Shown here piece after piece: positions 33,001-47,466 of a DNA stretch of 64,000 nt; positions within the stretch are counted from its first letter, which is position 1; every line of letters begins with the position of its first letter. The DNA comes from Lama guanicoe (lineage: Eukaryota). Below the pieces are notes generated by a model, which saw nothing but the letters and a program-made list of their open reading frames with translations, had not been told where the DNA came from and made no database searches. Position numbers and translations under genes: made by a program. The stretch lies in the NCBI GenBank assembly GCA_013239625.1, contig MU053881.1, positions 15,368,373 to 15,432,372 of the forward strand, in the 5' to 3' direction.

Positions 33001-34399
33001 GCAGGTGCAAAGGCCCTGAGGCAAGATTGTATCTGGAATCTTGGAAGAGAAAGATGGGGAGGTAGTGGGGTGGGATCTGGGAGTGTTTGGTTTATTTCCC
33101 CTGCCACGCAGGAGACCTCCCCCCAAGTCAACTACCCCTAATTCCAGAGCCTTATGCTGATTCTTAACAATAAAGGTCTTCCACTATTTTTATTTTAAAA
33201 TACAAACTCTTTGTGCAGAAGCTGGTGCATGTTGTTGTGGTCTTTTACCCTACGGGAAATCCATCCATGTACAAAGCCCAAAGCATGCATTTGGGAGGTC
33301 GGGGACCCTGGAGCCTAGCGGCCTCGTACGCCCTCTCTTCCACCCGGGTCGCGCCTGGAGTCCCCCCACCCCAACCCCAAAGCGGGAACTCGACTGCTGG
33401 TCTTCCTGTGGCGGGGGGGGGGAGGAGATTGGAGGTGGACTTATATTTATGTATTATGATTTTCTGAGTTTTCCCAATTCTCCGCAGTGGGTTTGTGATG
33501 CTTTTATAGTCCGAGTGAGGGAGTGGAAAAAAAAGGTTACCCTTAGAAAAAAATAGATTTCCCAAATGCAAGGAGAGCGGGAGGGAAGTCTCCGCACTTC
33601 CGGGGCGCTGGGGGCGGGGATGGGAGGCGGCCTCCGGGCGCGAAGTTATTCTGGTCTCTCGGCGTCTCTGCAGCTGGCGAGCTTTTTATAAACAGGACAA
33701 GTCCCGCCCCTCGTCTCCTGAGGAGCAATCAGGGAGATCAGAATTTTCCTGGGGCCACACGCCACTTGCCGGGTGTGAGGACCGGAGTTGGGGGCTCAGG
33801 GACCTAGAATGGAGGACAGGGTCTCGTTATTCCACCGCCCCACACCCCATTCTGATTTTCTCATATCAAGATTTGGGAAAGATGGAGCACCTTAGACCCC
33901 CAAATCCCCATCTCTGAGTCTTGTTTCACCAGGATGGAGGAGGGAGGGCTCTCCGTTCCCGTCTTTTAACTCAGTAACCAGAGAGGAGTAATGCATCTCC
34001 CATCCTGCATCTTTGTTGTTGAGTCTTTGAACCTCGCTCGTACCCTCTCTGTTTCCTGTTTTTTTTTAATTTAATTTAATTTTTTTTAACTGGAGGCTTT
34101 GTGAATTTCGGGGACAGGCCGTTTCTCTGCCCTACTTCCACCATTTCTTCTAATTTTTATCTGGAAAATGGGACTCAGAAAGACGAGGGGTTCCCGGAGC
34201 GTCCGTCAGCCCCTCCCTTCTTTTCTGGAAATTGATGGGTAAGGGTATTTATTTTGAACCCAATAAATAGGAGACATGGAGCATCTTCTCGGACCTCTAT
34301 TCCTATTTTCTGGGAGTAGGGGGTATTTAAAAAGAAGTCACAACACCCTGGACTGGGCCAGGAAACTCTTGTGTCTCTAACCTGGGGTGCGCGGGGGCG

Positions 34400-34955
34400 G
34401 GGAACGGTAACGCCCCCAGAAGACCCAGGCTCTGCCAAGGCCTCAACCTCTCGGCCCTTCAATCTTTCGGGAACCACCATTGGACAGGGGGAGGGAGTGA
34501 CAAGCTTTGATTGGCTACTCAGCCCATCGCTCGAGCGTTTAAGCCAGTGAGAAGGCACCGCTCAGCCCCGCCTCCCTAACGCTGGAGAGAGGCGGAGCCG
34601 GCAGGCGATTCCACCCCTCCTGCACCGCTTCCGCTTGTTACTGGATGCGCTCGCTGGGCCCCGCCCAATTCTCGCGTCAATCTGCGTGGGAGCCCCGCCC
34701 CTCACAGCTCCGCGGACTACCAGGGCCTTAGCTCCGTGCGTGGCCCCGCCCCAGAATGGCGTCACGGTCGTATCTGCATGTGAGGCCCCGCCCCTATCTT
34801 TGCAGGACGTCACCGCGGACTGCAGGGGCCTGAGCTGCTGCTGCCGCCGCCTCCGCTGCCGCGCAGCCCCACATCGGCGCACTGGGGGCCAGATCACCGC
34901 CGCTGCCAAAAAAGTCGCCGTCGCTAGGGTCGTCACCTCACCAGTGCAGGGCAAG
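34400..34955 (+). promoter_or_regulatory. RAB3A: RAB3A CpG-island promoter and non-coding exon 1 (ends 34955)
   Basis: Several CCCCGCCC GC boxes, CRE-like GGACGTCA at 34805-34812, donor AAG|gtgagc at 34956. The exact TSS cannot be determined. Confidence 0.75.
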
Positions 34956-35204
34956 GTGAGCTCCCGGGCGGCCCGGTACGTTTCTGCTCGGAGCACCTAC
35001 ATAACCTTCATTTGACTGATGGTCTGGCTGGGGTCGGGGACGAGGTTAGCGAGCTTTAAATGGGGGAAAGGAAGCGGCGGTCGCGGGCCTGGGGAAGGGT
35101 AGGGTCCTATCTCCCACTACCTGCTGGATCCTCACCCCCACCCCAACCCCCAACCCCTCGCTCTGCGGCGTTGGGGGAGGGGAGGCAAATGCCTTGCGGG
35201 AAGC

Positions 35205-35735
35205 TGTGCGCGCGGGAGGCTCCGTGCGTGCGCGTGCGCGTGGTGTGCACACGCGTGTGCGCGCCCGCCTGTGTATTCTTGCTTGTGTACCAGAGTATGT
35301 TCGTGTGACCCCTTAGGGGTCCCTACCCAAGTTTGTGCGTGCTACATGCGTGTGGAGGGAGACGCGTGGACTGTGCGTGTGCGTGCACAGCCATGTGCAT
35401 ACATGCACCGAGATGGGAGCTCGTGTAGGTGACGTGTACTCGGCTGCATGGGTGGAGGACGCAGTGCTGATGAGTGGGTTTGCACATTTGTATATGCATG
35501 TCGGTGTGCAGACAGCTGTCTGCCTCTCTACCCTGTGCACTGTGTTCGATGTTCATATATGCACAAGTGTGTATGGATGAGTGTGTGCCCTGCTGTGTGC
35601 ACGTGAGCATGTGCACGCCCTGCTCTTATCACGTGATGAACCTGTTTCAGCCTGATCTCTCCCAGCCTGGGAGTCTGGGAGGAGGACTGCGACACGCGTC
35701 CCTGCAGTACCATACACGCGTGTGCACGTGCGCCC
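35205..35735. repeat. Degenerate alternating purine-pyrimidine (GT/GC/AT) tract in RAB3A intron 1
   Basis: cgtgcgtgcgcgtgcgcgtg, gtgtgcacacgcgtgtgcgcgc, catacacgcgtgtgcacgtgcgc. Confidence 0.7.
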
Positions 35736-36101
35736 GCCCGGCTGAGTTCTGAGGAACATGAATGATGGGGGGTGGGGCCGGCCAGTCACCCCTCCTGGCA
35801 CAGCTGTAGGGCTTAGGTTACAGCCAGACCTTGGGAGCAGGCCTGCTGGAGGGGGCTGCAGGGGTGTCTCCAAGCCCTTCCCTCTGGAGGTCCTCCCCTG
35901 AAACCTCTAGCTTTTCAAGGTCACGGCCCACCCTCTGCCATGGGCCCCATCATTAGTGCTGGGGCTCCTGATGGGTAAGTGTAATCTCTGCACACTAGTC
36001 CCTGTCTGGGAACTCTAAAATTCTCCCCATCCTGTGCCTGGGCTTGGGCGTTTGGGGATGGAGGGAGACTTCTCATATTGGCCTATACCCCACACCCCCA
36101 G

Positions 36102-39358
<3,257 letters not shown>

Positions 39359-39983
39359 GAACTGCCCCGCCCCATCCTGGCCCCGCCCCCTATCCACCCC
39401 CCCGGGCCTGAGCCAGGCCCCCTACTCGCCATGGGTGCGAGTTCCCTGCCCCAGTTTAGCCCATCACCCTATTTATTATCGTAGCTATTTATTTATTTAT
39501 TGGAGATGTCCCCCAGGGGCTCGGACGCCCCACCCACTCTGCGCCCCACCCTGTACATACAGCCCTGTTCCCGCTCTGCAGTGGCGTGTTGTGGCCCTGT
39601 GAACTCACCGCTCACTCTTCTCCCCAGACCCCACCTTTTTATAAATTCACCCCCATCAACAGGTATCAGTTTTGGAGAGGGGGCCAGATGACACCCCAGG
39701 GCAGGCTGATCGAGTAATGGGAGGTAGCCAGGCCTGCCAGCCCCTTAGTTGTGACACAGTGGGCCAAGGTGGCTGCAGGAGTCTCAGCGTGAACCACGGG
39801 GTGGGTGAGAGCCGGGAAATAGCCTGCCTGGCTACTGGCCTCATGGTTGTACCTTTTTTTGGAAAGGGGACTGCTGTGGGTACTCACCACCCTGGGACAC
39901 CCCCCGCCAGACCTGTTCTGACATCATGAGTGTCAAACATGCCCCTCATTCCCCCGGGAGATATGACAACACTACATACCCCC

Positions 39984-39989
39984 AATAAA
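39984..39989 (+). terminator. RAB3A poly(A) signal
   Basis: AATAAA about 630 nt after the stop, followed by GT-containing sequence. Confidence 0.7.
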
Positions 39990-40075
39990 GCGAATGGATG
40001 ACACAGTGTCCCTCTGAGTGCCAGCATGCCAGTGCGGGCTTTGGCCATCCACAAGATTGTCAATTTCAGAGAGAA

Positions 40076-40081
40076 TTTAAT
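40076..40081 (-). terminator. MPV17L2 candidate poly(A) signal
   Basis: ATTAAA on the minus strand about 400 nt after the stop. Confidence 0.55.
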
Positions 40082-40485
40082 GGAATCTCCACAGCCCATG
40101 ACCAGAGGATGGGACAGGAGGTTGCCCAGCCCTATCTGAGGCTCCAGATTTTGGGGGCCAACTACTGGCTGTGCACCTAGGGGATGGGCGATGTCTCCAC
40201 CTTGGTCCCAGAGCCCAGCCCACAGTAGTGTTAAGGGCTTGGGATTGGCTGGCTGGCTGGGGTCCAGGGCTGAGGATGGAACATCTGTTGCCAGTCACTA
40301 AGGCTCCCCTAGAAGGGCTGAGGGATGATTGTCCATCTTCATTGTTTGTTCGTTTCCCCAAAGTGAAGCCTGGCAGTGGGCTTGGAGGGGGCAGCCCAAC
40401 CAGATGCCCAGGTATCAGGGTGGAGCTAGAACTTGGCCCAGGAACATGTTCCCCTTCCAGCCCAAGGCAGCTGGTCAGTTGAGGA

Positions 40486-42977
40486 TCAGTCTTGCCCTGT
40501 CCGGCATCCTGCTGGAGCACGAGGCAGCTCAGTCTGCGTGGTACCCAGGGCCATGCAGCCTGGATGTGTCTGGGAGCCTGGGATCTGTCCGCACAAGAGG
40601 GTCTGGTTACAAGCCCTGTTCATCCCTCAGGGCTCCTCCTCACAGAACCCTCCACCCGTTGGGGCTGGAGTTAGCCTCACTGGACAGATGCAGCAGGGAC
40701 CTGGCTGAGGTCACATCAGACAGCGGAGGTGGGCTTGGTTTTCACCATACTGGTCATCTGCTCCCTGCCCACCCACCATAGGGTGCAGGTTGTCACAGGC
40801 CCTCATCCTGGAGGGTAGCTGTACAGCTGTTTGGGGCTCACACATGTGGCCCCCCAGGAGTCCCCTGGGTGCTTGGTCTGCCCACTGCGCTCACCCGGTA
40901 TTTCAGATAGGAGAGGTACGTGTCCCAGCCCAGTGTCAGGCCGTTGATGTAGGTGACTCGGAACTGGGGGGGCACGAAGAGGAAATTCACCAGCTGCGCA
41001 GCAGGCCACACGCACCAGTCAGCCTATGGGGAGGGGTGAAATGTAGTAAGAGGCGGGGTCAGGAGGGATCTGGTGGGGTCAGGTGGCTGTGAGGGGTGGG
41101 GCCTTGAAAGGGGGTGCCTGTGAAAGGGAGAGGTGGGACAGATGCAAGGGGGTGGAGAATGAAGGAATAGGCGGGGCCTGGACAGGCATGCCCACCTTGT
41201 AGAATTCCCAGAACTTATCTCGCAGCTCCTGGCAGCTCTCACCTAGGGTTTGGCCCTCCAGGCAGCCAATGCCTAGGAAGGAAACCAAGAAATGAGAGTG
41301 TCAGAGGATGGGGAGTACTAGAGAGGGTAGGGTGGAGCCCCTGAGGGACAGGGTGTCCCAAGCAGAGGGACTAGGACATTTAAAAGCCCTGCAGTGGGAA
41401 GGGCACACAGAGAGTGGTTGGTGTGGGTAAACAGCAGAATAACTAGGTCCCAGTTAGGGAGAGAGGTGGGTTATGAATAAACACGTACCCTGAGGTATGG
41501 AAACACACCTCTCCCAAGGCAGAGGCTGTTTTATTACCAGTCCTTTACAAATAAGGAAATTGACTCTGGGGGGCAAGGAATGGTCGAGTCTCCAGAGCCA
41601 AAGGCTGGAATGACTGTACCCCTTTAACCCCAGTTTCAGCTCCTTTCCATTCAGCCTCAGGGCCTTTGCACGTGCTGTTCCACCTGCCTGCTGGATCCTT
41701 CTTCAAGTCTCAGCAGAGCGTCCTCTCCTTTGGGAAGCCCTCCCAACCACTGTCCAGGGCAGCCCCATCAGTCTTCACTCTTCCTACACTTAGCACCATT
41801 GTCTGTGAGTCTGCCATTCACACCTGCCTCCACTGGGTCTGTCCTATTACCACTGTAACCCAGCCTCCTGTCCAGGGCCACCCACACAGGAGGTGCATTT
41901 TTGATTCCTTCTTAATACAAAGCTGGCTCTGCCCTTCCTGACCTATAAGGGGCAAAGCACAAGCTCACATGTCTCCTTACCCAAGAAGTACCAGACACCC
42001 AGCGTGGGAGAGGCCACCAGTTGGTCGATGAGAACCTTCCTGAGGACGTTTGGGAGGCCACGGAAGCCGGATGCAGGGAGCAGGTGGTCCAGCCAGAGGT
42101 ACCAGTAGTGCAGGAAGGGGCCCATGCTGCAGCCCACTGCAAACATGCTCACTGTGGGCAATCCAAGAGTTGGGGGCCGGGGGCTCGTCAGGCCAGCAAA
42201 TCCCCCAATCCGCTCCCTTCCTGGCTAAGACCGGGTTAGCCTCATTCGCTTCCAGAGCCCAACCGTGTAGTATTCCATTATTAGTCCCACCGCCAGACAA
42301 TGTTCCAAGGGCTGTTTTTGCATCTTCTTGCCTCATTCCTTCACCACCCTGTCAGAGGGTTCTACCATCGCCCCATTTTCCAGAATAGGAAACAAAGGCA
42401 CAGCGGGTAGGGAAGTATGGGGCCAGGGCGCGACTCCAGGCTGGCTGGGGCCAGATGCTGCGCCCTTAACAGCCCCGGATGCAGCATCCCGTGCTCAACG
42501 CTAGGTCTCTCAGTGCAGGAGGGAAGCAGACGAGGTGGTGGGTAAGGACCTGATCCCCAGGATAGGAGCGGACAGAAACCTTACATCTTGGAGGGAATGA
42601 AGACCCCACTGGGGAGGGGACGGAGACCCGGAGATGCGCTACCTAGGGTGCACGCGGAGGTCAAGGGTCTTGCCAGGGACTGAGGCCATGGGTCAAGGGT
42701 CAGGGCGCGAGGGTCCAGTTCACGGGTCTCCGAAACAGGTCGGGTCCAAAGATCCTGCGGAGTCAATGGCCAGCAGCACCAGCCCCTCACCTGAGCGCCG
42801 CGGGTCGAACTTCTGGCCCGTCCGGGCGCGGATCTCCCAGGACTGGCGCACGCCATCTCCGGCTGCCATGAGAGCGCCGCAGCCCAGCGTATTCGTCACG
42901 AGCAGCGCACGGCCTTGGAACAGGGGCTGCCCCGCGGCCCATAGGCCGCGCACCCAGCGCCAGCCTCTGGACGCCAT
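40486..42977 (-). CDS. MPV17L2: Mpv17-like protein 2 (mitochondrial inner membrane), 220 aa
   Basis: Exons 42977-42791, 42151-41981, 41272-41196, 41023-40895, 40584-40486 (663 nt). [49 protein letters not shown] (Mpv17/PMP22 family). The last exon is the least certain. Confidence 0.93.
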
Positions 42978-42979
42978 CG

Positions 42980-43650
42980 CGGATGGGACCCAGGAACCGG
43001 CGCACCGGGCCGCCCCGCCCATGCCGACCAATCGCGCGTCACCGCAGCAGCGGGGGCGCCCATCCCGCGCCGTGTTAGCCAATCACACGCTGTTTGCGCG
43101 ATTTGCACGCCCTCTCCAAGCAGCGCCAGTCAATCGCTAACCGCTCTCTGCTTCACTTTACCCGCCCCGAGAGGCATTAGCCAATAAAAGGCCGGTATCC
43201 CTTCCCAGGCCAATAGCTGAACGAAGCCTTACACCGCCTCTGCGCCTTACGGACCAATCACAAATAGGCTTCGCGCCACAACGCGCATGCCAATTACTGA
43301 CTTCGACTCTCGTTGTCCCGCCCCTTTATGCTCTGGCCTATGGGTAACCTTCGCCATATTCAGCCCAGTAGTGCACTGGCCAATCGGAGGCCCTCGCAGA
43401 CTATCAGGCAAATCACTGACTGTCGCCCTGCCTCTCACGTTGAGATGGCCAATCTTAGTTACCGAGTTCTCCTGTCTAGTTGCCCTCCAATTTTGCAGAT
43501 TCTCCCGGAATTCCCGAGAAAGGGTTCGGACCTGTGGCTATGACAGCTACCGGGGCGGAGGTCCAATCCCTCAAAGACTGAGGAAAGTGGAGGCGGAGCT
43601 ACAGTTCTGCTGCGAGCGCAGGCCACCGGGATTCTTGTCTAGACGTTGAC
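42980..43650 (-). promoter_or_regulatory. MPV17L2 CpG-island promoter with multiple CCAAT boxes
   Basis: CpG-rich, GC boxes, ten CCAAT pentamers between 43028 and 43567. Confidence 0.75.
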
Positions 43651-43853
43651 CTTGGTCCTGACTATAGCTGGTCGTCTGACCTTAGTTCCAGAGGAATAAT
43701 AATTCAAACTTTAGGCACTGTTCTGGGCACATTACGTGCATTAAGACATTTTACAGCAAATTTGTGCTGCTGCAGGAACAATTATCTCCCCATTTTATCT
43801 CCTGTAGGGGAAAATGTGAGTTGCAACAAAAACCTATGCATTACCTACAGGAA

Positions 43854-44165
43854 CAGGGTGTCATAAACTATGGCCTAGGGGCCAAAACCTGTCATCTCCT
43901 GTTTTGATAAGGCTCAAGAGCTAAGCATGTTTCTTACATTTTTCAATTGGTCGAGGAAAAAAAATCAAAATAATACTCTGGGACATGTGAAAGTTATGTG
44001 AAATTCAAATTTTCTAGTCTATAAATAAAGCTATACTAGAACATAGCCATGCCCATTTATTTATTTTCTGCTCTCACTACAGTGAGTAGTTGCAACAAAG
44101 ATTGGTCTGCAAAAACGAAACTATTAACAATATGGCCTTTAAAAAATTTTTTTTTGCCCTGTGTT
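43854..44165 (+). mobile_element. MER58-like hAT-Charlie DNA transposon remnant
   Basis: caggg..aaactatggcc..ggggccaaa start; aaataaag..tactagaacatagccatgcccattt internal motif. Confidence 0.7.
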
Positions 44166-44975
44166 AGAGGACACCGTTTAGGGTTTTCTGATTTTGACTC
44201 TATGGGAGATATTTTATAAACTCAGTGGTAATAATGGATAACAGCGAAAAATAATTCTTGCCTATATACATGCAAATGAATTCTACCAAGTGGAGAGCCG
44301 CTCCCCCCAATTTTTATGCCTTCATTTGTACATTCATTTTGCTGTTCCTATTTTGTCTGTTGTTTGGATCTCCTTTGAAGTGGTTTTTAACACCTGACCA
44401 GTTCCCTTTATTAATAACAAGTTAACAATAATTTTTAACACATGCTCATTTTTATATCTGTATGAGAGTCATGATTTTACCTTTTTTGGGAGAATTGTCC
44501 TTCAACATTTCCTATTGCTGACAAATACCTCACTGGTATTCCAGGCTCTAGATTTTACTGCATTTTGGTTGAAAACTTCCAAAATGGTTAAAAAGGTGGG
44601 TGAGTGGGGAGTCAAATTATGATTCACAGAACAGAGTCAGGTAAACTTTGTCAACAGAGAAGTGCACTTCACGGTGGCTGAAGCTCTGGCACCTCCAAAG
44701 GGATGAGAGAATTTTGCTAGTTCTCTATTTTTCTCATTTTTGTTTTCTTTTCTATAAATGCATGCCTTGTTTTTGGTGCTTTTATGATGGCTAATGTCAC
44801 TGGCTTGGTGGCATCAGGGACTGGGTATTTAGCTTCATGGGCTGACCATTTGGCAATATCTATCAATGGATTACCGGTTTGTGGCTGAAAAACAATGGAG
44901 AATCCATTAAGAATTTTGTGCCCACCAGGAGGAACAGGTTTTGTTATATAGACCTGTGATTTTGTGTGTTTCCAT

Positions 44976-45415
44976 TGAAGTAGTTCAGAACATACCACCC
45001 CAAAATATGCTGCTCTGGCAGATTGATTGCTTTGAGTTAAAGGCTCTTGGATCTTCCTTTTTCTTCCTGAAAGCAGGAGATAAAATTCCCATGGGAAAGG
45101 TGCCCTCCCAGTACTAGGAGGAAGAAACACTCTTAACACCAGAGACAGGAAATCAAGGCTGAGAGAAATCTGTACAAACACATCTTGTTGAAATAACTCA
45201 TCTTCTTTTAGTCTCCCCATGTATTTTAGTTGCTTTCCTGCAATTGACACACTGTACAGCCTCATAAATAACAAGTCTTGCGGGCTTCCTTTTTCTTGCA
45301 AAGACACCCATGGACATGTAAATACATTTAGTATGCTTTTTCCCTGTGAATCTGTCTTGTGTGTCAGTCTCAGCTGTGGATCCTAGAAGGTGGAGGAAGA
45401 TTTTACTTCTACTAC
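44976..45415 (+). mobile_element. MER34-like ERV1 LTR, with ERV1-internal-like pieces nearby (about 44330-44560, 45660-45930, 46550-46760)
   Basis: cagaacataccaccccaaaatatgc start, cctgaaagcaggagataaaattcccatgggaaaggtgccctccc, tatgctttttccctgtgaatctgtct end. Family assignment is from memory. Confidence 0.6.
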
Positions 45416-46019
45416 CTTTTCTGCATCACATGTGGGCATGTGATATGCACACGACTTACCCCGCTGACTCACATGGCTCACGTGGTTGGGGGAAGTCTGC
45501 CATGTGTCTCTACTCCACTGTCAAGTTAGCATTTTTCACTTTCCCTACTCTTTGGAGTTGAGTTCCAAAATCCAGTCCACTCTCAGGATTGGGCTGAGGT
45601 GGCGGAATTAACACTTCACCTCCTGAAAGAGAGACCATCTCCTTATACAGATTTCATCAGCCAATTTCAAGAAAGCAAGTTGGGCTTTTAGGAGCCAGTG
45701 CTTACAAAACCCTCACAGGAAAACTGGCTTGTCCCTGGCTTGCAGGGTCAGTCTTACAGGTCTAATCTGGCCAACCAAGATCCTTGCGATAATTTGGGAA
45801 CATCAAAGGAGAGAAAAATTCACCAAAAGGCAGAGATACTGCAAGTGAAACTTGAGTTAGCAAATGATAGAGGTTTTTAGATTTGAAGTTTGAGATTCCT
45901 TATGGAAACTTCTAGTAAAGCAAACTGAACGCCTGCTGCACCTGTGTAATCAGAGCAAATCCCATGAGACCAGCCAAGGAAGATCTTTCTTTGAGATTAT
46001 TTTTAATGAAAGGGACAAC

Positions 46020-46385
46020 TCAAATATTATTCAGCCATAAAAAAAAAGAGAAGGAAATCTGGCTACTTGTGGCAACGTGGATGAAAGTGGAGGGTGTCAT
46101 GCTAAGTGAAATTAGCCAGACAGAGAAAGACAAATACTGTGTGATTTCTCTTGTATGTGGAACCTAAAATGGTCAAACTCATAGGAACAGAACAACGGTG
46201 ATTGCCAGGGGCTTGGGTAGGGGATGGGGAGATATTGGTCAAAGGGTACAAACTTTCATTGTAAGATGAGTAAGTCCTGAGGATGACCTGAATACTGCAG
46301 AGTGACTTTTGTTAATAGTTCTGTATTGTATACTTGTAAGTTGCTAAGCAAATACATCTTCAGCGTTCTCGCTACACACATCAAC
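46020..46385 (+). mobile_element. Old LINE-1 3' fragment
   Basis: tattattcagccataaaaa...atgctaagtgaaattagccagacagagaaagacaaatactg...ggtcaaagggtacaaactttca. Confidence 0.85.
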
Positions 46386-46419
46386 CGCTGATCACATAGA
46401 ACTGTGGTAGGTATTTAGT

Positions 46420-46488
46420 GAGAAAAAAAAATCCGGGCATAAGTGGACCCACGCAGTTCAAACCTATGCTGTTCAAGGGTCAACTGTA
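46420..46488 (+). mobile_element. Tigger1-like terminal fragment
   Basis: taagtggacccacgcagttcaaacctatgctgttcaagggtcaactg followed by TA. Confidence 0.75.
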
Positions 46489-47466
46489 TTAAAATTAGGA
46501 AAACATTATCAAGCTGGGTGGGAAAAAAAAGAACTCTTTCTTCCCCTGCCCCTGTGAAAAAGGCAGTTTTGCACAATCATTTCAATATTTCTGATCTATA
46601 AACCTGTATCTTCTTTGAACATCTGACCAGTTTCTTTCATTAATCATGAATTCAATAAAATCTTTAACAAGTATTCATTTTACATCAGTATGAGAATCAC
46701 GATTTTTCCTTTCTTTGAAAATTATCCTGTAACATGCCCTGTTGTTCTCAGGTGCCTAAGCCTGGCATTCTAGGTCCAAATTTTGCTGCCATCTGAATCT
46801 CTGCACACTTATTCCCTTTCCTGGAACACTATGATATCCCCTTAGTGAACACATTCTTTCTAATTTCCGGCACAAGGTTCCTGTCCCATCCTTTGGTCTT
46901 GCCTGGCCCCAATTATCATTCTTTAGCTCAACCCATAACACCCAGAGTAGGGTCAGCAAAAAGAGGTAGCTAGGGATGTTTGTTGAATTAATGAATACAT
47001 TTTCTGCCTAATGAACTTTTAGTTACTCTTCAAAACCCCAGCCCCAATGTCCCTTTTCCCAGTGCAGGACCTTCACTCCTCCTCTGGACTTCTCTAGCCC
47101 TGGTGCCTCTCCATCTGGCCCATTGCTGCCCACCGTGGGACTAGGGATGTCCATCTGGCTCTGCATCCCCTGGACAGGGGTCTTCTCAGGGGTCCCAACA
47201 TTGTGCAAATCCAGAAGAAGGGGATCTGCTGCCTTAGCAAATGAATCACAACATCCAGAAGTGTTTATTGAACAAGTTTCGATGTAGCACCATTCTCAGT
47301 AGGGCAAGATTCTTGATCTAGGGGCAAAATTTTGAGTCCCGGATTAATGGAATGTGTAGAAGTTAACCAGATGATGAGTAGTGGTTGTTGAGAGTTGGAG
47401 ATCAGAAAACGAGGGCAGATGGGATCCTTCTCTTCCTACATCAGCCCCCTCCCGGGGCACTGGCTG

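Noticed and set aside
42978..43022. Upstream in-frame ATG adding 15 aa to MPV17L2
   Set aside because: Lies among the GC and CCAAT boxes, probably at or upstream of the TSS; cannot be supported.
44717..45307. 196-aa minus-strand ORF
   Set aside because: Spans an LTR boundary, has a non-ATG start and no recognisable protein motif.
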